NCBI GenBank assembly: GCA_963765125.1
Contig: CAVXUZ010000004.1
Coordinates: 792 to 64,791, forward strand
Length of the DNA stretch: 64,000 bases
Source: an uncultured candidate division WWE3 bacterium
Lineage (GTDB): Bacteria > Patescibacteriota > WWE3 > UBA101185 > UBA10185
Direction: 5' to 3'
The notes beneath the pieces were generated by a model that made no database searches, was not told the DNA's origin, and saw nothing but the letters and a program-made list of their open reading frames with translations. Below, in pieces: positions 37,580 through 46,429 of this stretch. Position 1 is the first letter of the stretch, and the number at the start of each line of letters is the position of its first letter. The position numbers and the translations under genes were made by a program.

Positions 37580-38636
37580 GTAGTGAAAATCCAATATCTA
37601 GGTTGTTGCCCGTAGCGCTGTCATAGAAAATTTCAACGTCTTTGCAGTAATCTAGACTACCCGTAGAATCTGGCAATTTGTATGTTTTTACGTGATTTCC
37701 ATCTTTAATTGTGTATAGATACAATATGCACGGGTCTGACTCATTTTTTGTTACAACGTAAAAATAATCTTTATCTAATTTTATGCTTCCAATTTTATCT
37801 AACAACTCCATACTGTCATCGAGAGTTGCAGCGTATTCAAATCTTGTCTTTAGCTCACCATCTTCGGTCCAAAAACAAAAATCTGTTAATTCTGATTCTT
37901 CTGAGGGCGCATATGTAACTAATGAATCACCAAACCAAAAACTTTTTCCTGAAAGACAGTTTATTGTAGGGAGATCAATCTGCGTGTCCGTTGGAACATC
38001 GTAAATCTTGTATTCGTATTCCCAGTCTTCAACTTTATTTTTTTCAGCGTTTCTCACGAATATTTTGCTATAGATGCTTGTGGACCAGTCAAAAACCTCT
38101 GAGAACAGCTTTAGGCGGTTTCCTTCAAGGAGTGGGTCAGCAGTAGAAACACTTGGCTTTCTAATGTCTATTATGAAGCTTTCACCTGTATCGCACGTAA
38201 ATTTGGTGCTAACAAGCCTGTAAGGCTCTTTAAGGCCTTTTTCATCACTGGGGCTTAAATCCACCTCGATTTCAACAGCTTCTTCGTCTTCAGTGATTTT
38301 GCTCTTCTCTCCTCCTTTAACGTAGTAGACACTCTCCGCCACTTTAAAGTCTTCGGGCTGACAATAAGCTTTCTCGCCTTCATTAAAGATAACGTACGCA
38401 TCTTCTTCAATTTCATTGGCTAATACGTTTAATTCAAAATTAGTATCGATTTCCTCCAGTGTCGGCGCAGATTCTTGTATTTTAGTCTCGTCGGTGCTTG
38501 AAATTAACTCTGTTTTTTCTGATTTTGGTGAATTTATAAAAAAATGAAGTATGTAAGCACCAAAAGCGAGCATAAGCACCGCTAGTACGACTCTTATTAC
38601 TATTGGATGCTTATTACCATTTTGCTGGTTTTCCAT
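37572..38636 (-). CDS. hypothetical membrane-anchored acidic protein
   Basis: one N-terminal TM; TACAAT 7 nt before ATG 38636. Confidence 0.7.
   Translation of the reverse strand: MENQQNGNKHPIVIRVVLAVLMLAFGAYILHFFINSPKSEKTELISSTDETKIQESAPTLEEIDTNFELNVLANEIEEDAYVIFNEGEKAYCQPEDFKVAESVYYVKGGEKSKITEDEEAVEIEVDLSPSDEKGLKEPYRLVSTKFTCDTGESFIIDIRKPSVSTADPLLEGNRLKLFSEVFDWSTSIYSKIFVRNAEKNKVEDWEYEYKIYDVPTDTQIDLPTINCLSGKSFWFGDSLVTYAPSEESELTDFCFWTEDGELKTRFEYAATLDDSMELLDKIGSIKLDKDYFYVVTKNESDPCILYLYTIKDGNHVKTYKLPDSTGSLDYCKDVEIFYDSATGNNLDIGFSLPN
37926..37940 (+). repeat. dispersed 15-mer ATCACCAAACCAAAA, copy 7 (intragenic)
   Basis: exact match inside a CDS (encodes FWFGD on the minus strand). Confidence 0.8.
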
Positions 38637-38745
38637 AATGTTCATTGTAATGCCATTTTGCAAAGATTCAAAATAAAAAGTAACAAATTGCTTGAACTAA
38701 TTTCAATTGTACATTAGAATGAAAATATCCTGCCCACCTTATACC

Positions 38746-39453
38746 ATGAGCGTTTTATCTAAACCTGAAATTCTAAAACATTTTAAAGCCGGTAATATTG
38801 TTATCGAACCGTTTAATAAAAGTAATATCGCAAACGCCAGCTATGATGTAAGACTTGGTAAATATTTTTACCGTCAAGACGAGCAAGCAAATTCAAAAAT
38901 ATTAAATCCATTTTGGGAAAAATCAGTCAGCAGAATGTATTCAGGCGTTCAAGAAGCTATTCCCGTTAAAGAAATTAGATCAGAGTTTAATCCTTTTTAT
39001 AATTTAAAACCAAATGATTTGGTGATTTTGGTGGGTCCGGGTGAATCTATACTTGCGCACACAATAGAGTTTATCGGTGGAAAAAATGGAGACGGCGTTT
39101 TACCTGCAGTGACTACTGAAATGCGTGCTAGGAGTTCTCTAGGAAGAATAGGAATTGCCGTTTGCAAATGCGCGGGTTGGGGTGATATTGGTTATATAAA
39201 CCGCTGGACGATGGAGATTACAAACTTCAGTACAGCTATTATTCCATTACCTGTAGGTATGCGAGTTGCACAAATAATTTTTCACGAAACCGTACCGGTC
39301 GAAGAGGATGATACTTACCAACAAAAAGGGAAATACCAAACGAGTAAAGAAATGGCTACTATCAAAAAAAACTGGAAACCTGAGGATATGCTTCCAAAAT
39401 TATATAAAGACAAGGATTTAGGTAAATTTTCTAAATTTTGGTGCCAGTCTTAG
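38746..39453 (+). CDS. dcd: dCTP deaminase
   Basis: ASYDVRLG, LAHTIE, ARSSLGRIG, GWGDIGY..RWTMEITN, GMRVAQIIF. Confidence 0.9.
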   Translation: MSVLSKPEILKHFKAGNIVIEPFNKSNIANASYDVRLGKYFYRQDEQANSKILNPFWEKSVSRMYSGVQEAIPVKEIRSEFNPFYNLKPNDLVILVGPGESILAHTIEFIGGKNGDGVLPAVTTEMRARSSLGRIGIAVCKCAGWGDIGYINRWTMEITNFSTAIIPLPVGMRVAQIIFHETVPVEEDDTYQQKGKYQTSKEMATIKKNWKPEDMLPKLYKDKDLGKFSKFWCQS

Positions 39454-39646
39454 TCCACGCGGCTAGAGATTTTTCTGCTGTTTGGGAATCAATTTTATGC
39501 ATCGCTATACCCATTTGCACTTGAACATAATCACCAACCATAATACCCTCATCGCCTATCATTGCGTAGCGCTCCTCACCCGGGTACTCAATTAGTGCTT
39601 TTCGACCTTCAATTTTTTTGACTTTTCCTGGTATTGCTAGACACAT
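39431..39646 (-). CDS. hypC: hydrogenase assembly chaperone HypC/HupF
   Basis: MCLAIPGKV...VGDYVQVQMG; true start at 39646. Confidence 0.88.
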   Translation of the reverse strand: MCLAIPGKVKKIEGRKALIEYPGEERYAMIGDEGIMVGDYVQVQMGIAMHKIDSQTAEKSLAAWTKTGTKI

Positions 39647-39662
39647 ATTTATATTATAATTT

Positions 39663-40181
39663 ATGAGCTCTATTATGTCAGATACAAACGCTCCAACAGA
39701 AAAAAAGAAACTCGTCATTGGATGGTACTCCTTTACATGCTGTGAGGACAGTACTATTTTATTCACCGAGTTATTAAACGATCACTACGACGAATGGAAA
39801 AAAGTAGTCGAATTTAGATATATACGTTCGCTAAAAACAAACAATGAAACACGCGATCTCGATGTGGCCTTTATAGAAGGCGCCATTTCATCAAAAAAAC
39901 AAGAGGACGAGGTAATAAATATAAGAGCAAACGCTAAATATGTTGTTGCGGTCGGCGCGTGTGCTTGCACTGGTATGCCTTCTGCGAGTCGAAACGCTTT
40001 TACACCAGAAAATATTACAGAACGAATTCAATGGTATTTAAGCCACTTTGATTACAGCGAAAAAGTAAGAAAACTAGACGAAGTTATAAAAGTTGACGAT
40101 TGGATCAACGGCTGCCCGATGGGTGTAGACGCTTTTTATGCAGCGCTTGATAAGTATTTAAAATTATTTGAAATAATCTAA
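39663..40181 (+). CDS. NiFe-hydrogenase small subunit, short (proximal cluster only)
   Basis: FTCCEDS, DVAFIEG, AVGACACTG, INGCP. Confidence 0.85.
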   Translation: MSSIMSDTNAPTEKKKLVIGWYSFTCCEDSTILFTELLNDHYDEWKKVVEFRYIRSLKTNNETRDLDVAFIEGAISSKKQEDEVINIRANAKYVVAVGACACTGMPSASRNAFTPENITERIQWYLSHFDYSEKVRKLDEVIKVDDWINGCPMGVDAFYAALDKYLKLFEII

Positions 40182-40182
40182 T

Positions 40183-41484
40183 ATGCATAGCGGAGAAATT
40201 ACAATTGATAACATTACAAAGATTGAGGGTTCTGCGGGACTTAAAGTTACTATAGAAAATGATAAAGTAACTGATCTCAAATTTATTATTCAAGATTATC
40301 GACGATTTTATACTGAGGCTGTCAAAGGTAAACCGTACATTGCAGCGCCATCGTTTCTCTCAAGAATTTGTGGCACCTGCTCAGTTGCACATTTATTTGC
40401 AGCGCTCGAAGCAGTAGAAAAATCTCAAGGTATTCAACTTAGCGAACAATCTAAAACATTACGTAGGCTTGCTTATGACGGTTTGATGATTCGCGACCAT
40501 GCACTACACTTATACTTTTTTGTATTACCAGACATTTTAGGAATAGATTCGATATTAGATATCCCAGACGAACACGATAACGAAGGTCACCAATTACTGC
40601 ACGACTCCTTTGATATAAAGCGCGTAGGTACAACAATAACTGACGTTATTATCGGCGCTGCAATACACGCTCCTTATCCAACAGTTGGAGGATTTTTAAA
40701 AACACCAGATGCGAGTAAATTTCCTGCATTGATTGAGAGTCTTAAAAAAATAAGGCCGATGGCAATCAGAGGAGTTGAGACATTTGCAAAATGGGATATT
40801 AAACTTATTAGAAATTCTGATTACTTAGCGATAAGAAACCCAGAAAGATACGACTACATTGAGGGTGAAGTGATTAACTCAAGTGGTAAACGCGTTCCTG
40901 AAGAAAAGTTTCATGACTTTTTGAAATCAGTTGTTATTCCATACTCTCAAGCTGAAGGATATGTATTTTCAGATGTTCACGATGATTACTTAGTAGGTTC
41001 TTTGGCACGCATAAACTTTAACAAAGATCAGTTGCATCCAGATACTAAACGGGATATTGCAAAATATTTAGATTTATTTCCTTCAAATAATGTTTTTCAC
41101 AATAATCTTGCACAAGCTATTGAGATATTGCAGAGTATCGATAACGCAATTGAGATACTAGAAAATATTAAACTTGTAGATGAAAAGCCAATCAGGCAGC
41201 CAGCACGCGCGGGTACTGGCGTAGGTGTTATAGAAGCTCCAAGAGGAATTTTGTACCACTACGCGCAGGTTAACGAAAAAGGGATGATCGTGGATTACGA
41301 TGTTATTGTACCTACAGCCCAAAATCAGATTAATATAGAAAACGATCTCAAAAAATATTTTAATGAGAATCTCGACAAAGACCAAAATACATTAAGACTT
41401 GAAGCAGAGAAGATTATTCGTGCCTACGATCCTTGTATGTCTTGCGCGACTAATTTCTTAAAAATAGAGTGGATTGTTAAATAA
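40183..41484 (+). CDS. NiFe-hydrogenase large subunit (group 3b-related)
   Basis: L1 RICGTCSVAH, HALHLYFF, EAPRG, VPTAQN, L2 DPCMSC. Confidence 0.93.
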   Translation: MHSGEITIDNITKIEGSAGLKVTIENDKVTDLKFIIQDYRRFYTEAVKGKPYIAAPSFLSRICGTCSVAHLFAALEAVEKSQGIQLSEQSKTLRRLAYDGLMIRDHALHLYFFVLPDILGIDSILDIPDEHDNEGHQLLHDSFDIKRVGTTITDVIIGAAIHAPYPTVGGFLKTPDASKFPALIESLKKIRPMAIRGVETFAKWDIKLIRNSDYLAIRNPERYDYIEGEVINSSGKRVPEEKFHDFLKSVVIPYSQAEGYVFSDVHDDYLVGSLARINFNKDQLHPDTKRDIAKYLDLFPSNNVFHNNLAQAIEILQSIDNAIEILENIKLVDEKPIRQPARAGTGVGVIEAPRGILYHYAQVNEKGMIVDYDVIVPTAQNQINIENDLKKYFNENLDKDQNTLRLEAEKIIRAYDPCMSCATNFLKIEWIVK

Positions 41485-41846
41485 TCAATATCCTTATCTT
41501 TTGGTAATCCAATAATACTGACGTTTCCAATTTTTCCTAATTTCTTTAAATATTTTAATTGAAAACCTAAATCAAAATCGTGTACTGAGGTTCTTGGAGA
41601 ATTTACTAATTTATCTATACTCTTGTCGTCAAGTAAAACGGTTTTATCAATTCCTTCCACTGTGTCCATCAAAATAATATTTTCATTTTCGTTGAACGGA
41701 AGATCTTGGTTTGGTTTAACAATTTCAAAGTCTATATTGTTGTAGACACTGCTCTCATCACCAACCATAGTTTTTAAATGTTCGACTGCTCTAAATGAGT
41801 AATTATCTTGTGGGTGATCTTCGTTGCCAAAAAGGTAGACTTTCAT
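41424..41846 (-). CDS. hydrogenase maturation protease-like protein (divergent)
   Basis: YLFGN...D, IILMD, TSVHD pattern and position next to the large subunit. Confidence 0.7.
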   Translation of the reverse strand: MKVYLFGNEDHPQDNYSFRAVEHLKTMVGDESSVYNNIDFEIVKPNQDLPFNENENIILMDTVEGIDKTVLLDDKSIDKLVNSPRTSVHDFDLGFQLKYLKKLGKIGNVSIIGLPKDKDIDYLTIHSIFKKLVAQDIQGS

Positions 41847-41874
41847 ACTATTTTATTTTAACCTGTATCAATCA

Positions 41875-42591
41875 ATGAAAGAAGATATTAAAGCTTTAAA
41901 ACTTGTTTCACGATTCTCACTCCCACCTAATTCACTTGGTTACTGCGGTAAAACAACTGCGCCAGAAAGGCTCAATTCGTGTGTTATCAAAGGTGATTGT
42001 GAAGGCGTTTCTAATGAATTGGAAAACTTTATTGTTTTAAACCCTTATCTAAAAACAATTAGCGAAATATCAGGTAAACCGAGATTTGGCTATGAAGTTA
42101 TAGAGTGTTACTGCATTGGAAATGAGCTAAGCGGTAAATTCGATTTATCAGGTTATGATTTACTACTTAAGAATTTTATCTCTCAGGGTGTTCCCGATTT
42201 TTTTGTTGATGAATTAAAATGTAATCCACCTAAGACTTTTATACCCACTCATCTTTTTCAAGTATTATATGTTGGGGTTGGAAAAGCGAGCGGGTCAGTA
42301 CTTTACAATATGGATACGATTAACAACTGTATGGTTAGATGGGGAGAAGTTAAAAATATAAGTAACGATAAAATTACTGTGGATTTAAATATGCTTGAAG
42401 GAACCCCTGAAGATAAATTATTTAAATTAGTAAAAAAAGAAGAAACATTTTCATTTAACAAATTGTTTGTCCCAAAATTAAAAGTTGGCAGTATTGTGGC
42501 AGTACATTGGCAGCAGGTTATTAAAATACTTACAAAGCAAGAAGTTAAAAATATTGAGTATTGGACAAAGAAAGTCTTAAATAGTTTCTAA
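41875..42591 (+). CDS. DUF6390-like hydrogenase-associated protein
   Basis: RFSLPPNSLGYCG, PYL..I, PTH.F.V, NCMVRWG, VAVHW. Confidence 0.7.
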   Translation: MKEDIKALKLVSRFSLPPNSLGYCGKTTAPERLNSCVIKGDCEGVSNELENFIVLNPYLKTISEISGKPRFGYEVIECYCIGNELSGKFDLSGYDLLLKNFISQGVPDFFVDELKCNPPKTFIPTHLFQVLYVGVGKASGSVLYNMDTINNCMVRWGEVKNISNDKITVDLNMLEGTPEDKLFKLVKKEETFSFNKLFVPKLKVGSIVAVHWQQVIKILTKQEVKNIEYWTKKVLNSF

Positions 42592-43491
42592 AGATTTTAC
42601 CTGATTTCCCTTTGCAGAAAACCAAAACAACATAAGTCCCACCACAGATAATAATATTTGTGGTGCAAGCTCTGCATTCCAGGCGCGAGTAATAAAAATT
42701 GCTGAAAAAGCATTTGTTATAAGCGTTGAAAATGCTAAAACTGAGGCAACGGTAATAGCAGGACTAATTTTTAAGGCTCTGTACCATGTATAAACATACG
42801 CGAGCAAAGTCATAGCGGTCGCTAATACCCAGATAATTTGGTTGCCATTGATAGCAACTACTTTTTGGAGAGCGTTAGGAATTGTTAAAAGTGAAGCACC
42901 AATTAGTAACAAGGAACCAACGCCCATTCTTGCGAAAGTAAGAATATCTGCGTCAACGTTTTTAAGAACTTTTTTAGCAATTATATTTTCCACCGCCCAA
43001 AGTATTGTCGCAGCTAAAATCATAACTTCTCCTGTTGAGAATTTAAATCCTGTGAATCCCCCGATAAATAAATTACTTCCAAAAAGTGCGAGAAGTCCAA
43101 CAATTTGAAGTTTAGTCATTTTCTCTTTTAAAAATGGAAGCGCTAGTAATGCAACCCAAATAATTAATGTTTTATGAATTAAAGCTGCGTTTATAGCTGA
43201 AGCAGATGATAGCCCAGTGAAAAATAAATAAAATGGCAGTGCACCTCCTACAAGTCCTACAAGTAGTAATCCACGTAGATTACGTTTTTCTAATTTCATG
43301 ATCTTTGCAATTTTTCCGGTGCTAAGTAGAACAGCTAATATCACCAAACCAACAATTGTATTTTTTACTGTAGTGAATAAAAGTGGAGGAGTTACCGCGC
43401 CGACAGCAAATTTGTTTATAAATATCGACACGCCAGATATTATCGCGGTCAACAAAGCTATATAAATACCTTTCATTTCTCTATTGGGCAT
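42577..43491 (-). CDS. DMT/EamA family transporter
   Basis: about 10 TM in two EamA repeats. Confidence 0.85.
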   Translation of the reverse strand: MPNREMKGIYIALLTAIISGVSIFINKFAVGAVTPPLLFTTVKNTIVGLVILAVLLSTGKIAKIMKLEKRNLRGLLLVGLVGGALPFYLFFTGLSSASAINAALIHKTLIIWVALLALPFLKEKMTKLQIVGLLALFGSNLFIGGFTGFKFSTGEVMILAATILWAVENIIAKKVLKNVDADILTFARMGVGSLLLIGASLLTIPNALQKVVAINGNQIIWVLATAMTLLAYVYTWYRALKISPAITVASVLAFSTLITNAFSAIFITRAWNAELAPQILLSVVGLMLFWFSAKGNQVKSLETI

Positions 43492-43513
43492 ATTTTTATT
43501 GTTCAGAAACTAC

Positions 43514-43768
43514 TTAATTTGGCCAAACCTGTTCGCCTGTTTCAGAATTGGTGATGATAATCGCTTTTGTAGGGCATGACTGCGCCGCTAAAAGCAAGTT
43601 ATCCTCTGTATCTTGGCTTGTTTCTAAAATGACTGCTTTTTTCTCAGCATCTAATTCAAACGTATCTGGAGAAAAAGCAATACATGAAGCAGCGCCAATA
43701 CACAGATCGCGAACGACTTGAACTTTATATTTTCCTATTTGGACTATTTTGTCTTGTGAGTTATCCAT
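43514..43768 (-). CDS. monocluster ferredoxin (probably [3Fe-4S])
   Basis: CIGAASC...CPTKAI (CxxAxxC). Confidence 0.88.
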   Translation of the reverse strand: MDNSQDKIVQIGKYKVQVVRDLCIGAASCIAFSPDTFELDAEKKAVILETSQDTEDNLLLAAQSCPTKAIIITNSETGEQVWPN

Positions 43769-43823
43769 TGGTCTATGTTATTAGATTTTAGCTAAATGTA
43801 CAACTACTCTTTTTGGAATGAAA

Positions 43824-44681
43824 TTACATGTACTTCTTAAAGATGTCGGTAAGATCTTTTCTGATTGGATTTGATGCAACCAGTGGATATTGAGAGAGCT
43901 GTGATAATTGTGATTCGTAAGAAGGTTTATCTTCTTCGTAAAGTATTCCCAACGGAACACTTTTTTCACCAAACTCCTGAGATTTCTTAAAAGCAGTTTC
44001 TTTGTTGGTCTTGTCGTAAGTAGAATCTAGATAGTATGTGTTATTGTGATAAAACTCATGACTCAGTGTTTTGTTGAAAGTTACACAAGGCTGCAAAATA
44101 TCTAAAACTGAAATTCCTTTATGCTTGTTTGCTGCAACTATCAAATCTTTAAGTTGAGCCATATCTCCTGTAAATCCACGCGCAACAAATGTAGCACCTG
44201 CTGAAATTGCTAAGGTCAGTGGGTTTAACGGCCAATCGGGATTACCGTCGGGTGTAGATTTTGATTTAAACCCGTGGGGTGAGGCAGGAGACGTTTGCCC
44301 TGTTGTTAAAGCATAAAGTCCGTTGTCATGAAGTAAAATAGTAATATCGTGGTTTCTTCTACACGCATGAATAAAGTGGTTACCACCTTCTCCTAAACAA
44401 TCACCATCCCCAGTAAAAACAAAAACATTGAGCGCGTGATTTGCCATTTTAAGACCAGAAGCAACCGGTATTGCTCGACCGTGCAAACCCTCAACCGCTG
44501 TAATTTTTGTGAAGTTAACAATATGGCCATGGCAACCGATACCTGCTACATATGATGTATTTGTATTATTCCAACCTTCTTGAACTGCTGCCATTTTAAA
44601 CGAAGACCAAAGTGCTAAGTTTCCACAGCCTGGGCACCAATTTGGATTACACGGAGTTTGAAGTTGCGCCATTGTTGTCAT
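43824..44681 (-). CDS. 2-oxoacid:ferredoxin oxidoreductase beta subunit
   Basis: WCPGCG, GIGC, LHGRA, GDGD, DNGLYALTTGQ, QPCVTFN. Confidence 0.95.
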   Translation of the reverse strand: MTTMAQLQTPCNPNWCPGCGNLALWSSFKMAAVQEGWNNTNTSYVAGIGCHGHIVNFTKITAVEGLHGRAIPVASGLKMANHALNVFVFTGDGDCLGEGGNHFIHACRRNHDITILLHDNGLYALTTGQTSPASPHGFKSKSTPDGNPDWPLNPLTLAISAGATFVARGFTGDMAQLKDLIVAANKHKGISVLDILQPCVTFNKTLSHEFYHNNTYYLDSTYDKTNKETAFKKSQEFGEKSVPLGILYEEDKPSYESQLSQLSQYPLVASNPIRKDLTDIFKKYM

Positions 44682-46429
44682 TTCTCTTCTCCCTTCAACA
44701 CTGAATTTATTTTTTCTATAATTTCTTCTACAAAAAATGGGCGACCGTCGTACTTTAAGAAATTATCTTTTATTTCAAAGCCAGTCTTTTCTCTAATAAT
44801 TCCCGCCATATGCCCTGTGTAATTAGCTTCGATATTTATGACATGTTTTGTTTTGCTTAATACTTCGAAAATTCTTTTGGCAGGAAATGGATTTGCCCAT
44901 GTAAGATGCAAATAGTTTACGTTTTCAAATTCATTTATGGCTTGAAGAATGCTTCCCTTGTTGCTACCCCAAGAAACTATTGTTATATCAGCGTTTTCTG
45001 GGCCATACAAAACTGGTTGATCCATATCTTCCCTCTCGCAAGTAATAAGTTTTTGCATTCGCTTTTTCATTTGCTCATTACGATTGTCTATTTCTTCGCT
45101 CGAATAACCTTTTTCGTCGTGCTCGTCTGAATTTGCAATAAAGAAATTTCCTACACCGGGAACAGTACGAGTAGAAATTCCGTCTTCTGATAAATTGTAG
45201 CGTTTAAATTCAGGGTCGAGGTCTAAAGAAAGTTTTCCTCTGTTCACTACAAAATTAGAATTATCAAATACTTCAACGGTTTTATCGTGTTCACAAAGAT
45301 TTTTGTCAATTAGTACAACAACTGGAGTTTGATATTTTTCTGCAAGATTAAATGCTTTTCTCGTAAGGTCAAAAACTTCTTCTATATCTCCTGGTGTTAG
45401 CACAATTCTCGGAAAATCTCCTTGATGTGCATGTAGAACAAATCTCAAATCACCTTGTTCGCTCCAAGTGGGAAGACCGGTAGCTGGTGCACCTCGCTGA
45501 CCTTCAACAATAACTACACCAACTTCGGCAATTCCTGCTAGACCATAAGCCTCAGACATTAATGCGAAACCTCCACCTGAGGTGGAAGTCATTGATCTGG
45601 CGCCTGCAAACGATGCCCCAATAGCCATATTTATCGCGGAAATCTCATCTTCTGGCTGTTTATAAACAAATCCATATTTTTGCTGGTAACTCGTTAAAAA
45701 GTGCAAAATATTAGAAATTGGTGACATTGGATAAATTGCAATAAACTGAACCCCGCCCGCGATTGCACCCATTCCCGCTGCCTCGTTTCCATTTACTACC
45801 ATAAGTGGTTTTCCATTTGGGTAACCTTGCACAGAATTTAGAATGTCTACAACCTTACTATCGTAGTTTTCTTTTGCATATTTATAACCAAGTTCTGCCG
45901 CTTTTAAATCGGCGTTGATAATTTCTTCTGATTTACCTGCGTACTCTTCTCTTACAAACGCTTTTAATATTTCTATATTTCCACCGAGCATTCCCGTGAT
46001 AGCCCCTAGTGCAACACTATTTATCAACAATTCGTCCCCACCTGATTCTTTTGCAAAAGCAGACAAATTTACAGGGTAAAGATTAATTCCCGCGGGAACT
46101 TTTGATACGTCTATCTTTTTATCGCCGTCATAAATTATTCCTGCGCCATCAGTCAAACTATCTAGATGAAAATCAATTCCGTCTTGATTAAGCGCAACTA
46201 GAAGATCTGTTTTATTACTTGGACCTTCAACTTTTTCTTTTGAAATATTAATCTGCATCACATTGTGTCCACCTCTAATAATTGAAGGATATTCGATATA
46301 GTTAAAAATGTAACACCCGGATCTGGCGGCAAATCGAGCAAAAAGGATCCCTGATGACTTAATACCCTGTCCAGCCATACCGGCTATTTTTACAGAATAT
46401 ATTTTTTGTTTTGTTAATGTTTTTTTCAT
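44678..46429 (-). CDS. 2-oxoacid:acceptor oxidoreductase alpha subunit (gamma-alpha fusion)
   Basis: GMAGQG, IRGGHN, GNEA, YPMSP, EDEISA, TSGGGF, TGLPT. Confidence 0.95.
   Translation of the reverse strand: MKKTLTKQKIYSVKIAGMAGQGIKSSGILFARFAARSGCYIFNYIEYPSIIRGGHNVMQINISKEKVEGPSNKTDLLVALNQDGIDFHLDSLTDGAGIIYDGDKKIDVSKVPAGINLYPVNLSAFAKESGGDELLINSVALGAITGMLGGNIEILKAFVREEYAGKSEEIINADLKAAELGYKYAKENYDSKVVDILNSVQGYPNGKPLMVVNGNEAAGMGAIAGGVQFIAIYPMSPISNILHFLTSYQQKYGFVYKQPEDEISAINMAIGASFAGARSMTSTSGGGFALMSEAYGLAGIAEVGVVIVEGQRGAPATGLPTWSEQGDLRFVLHAHQGDFPRIVLTPGDIEEVFDLTRKAFNLAEKYQTPVVVLIDKNLCEHDKTVEVFDNSNFVVNRGKLSLDLDPEFKRYNLSEDGISTRTVPGVGNFFIANSDEHDEKGYSSEEIDNRNEQMKKRMQKLITCEREDMDQPVLYGPENADITIVSWGSNKGSILQAINEFENVNYLHLTWANPFPAKRIFEVLSKTKHVINIEANYTGHMAGIIREKTGFEIKDNFLKYDGRPFFVEEIIEKINSVLKGEEK

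Noticed and set aside
39647-39766. Longer hypC ORF from the track
   Set aside because: HypC requires MC at its N-terminus, and the extension overlaps the small-subunit gene.
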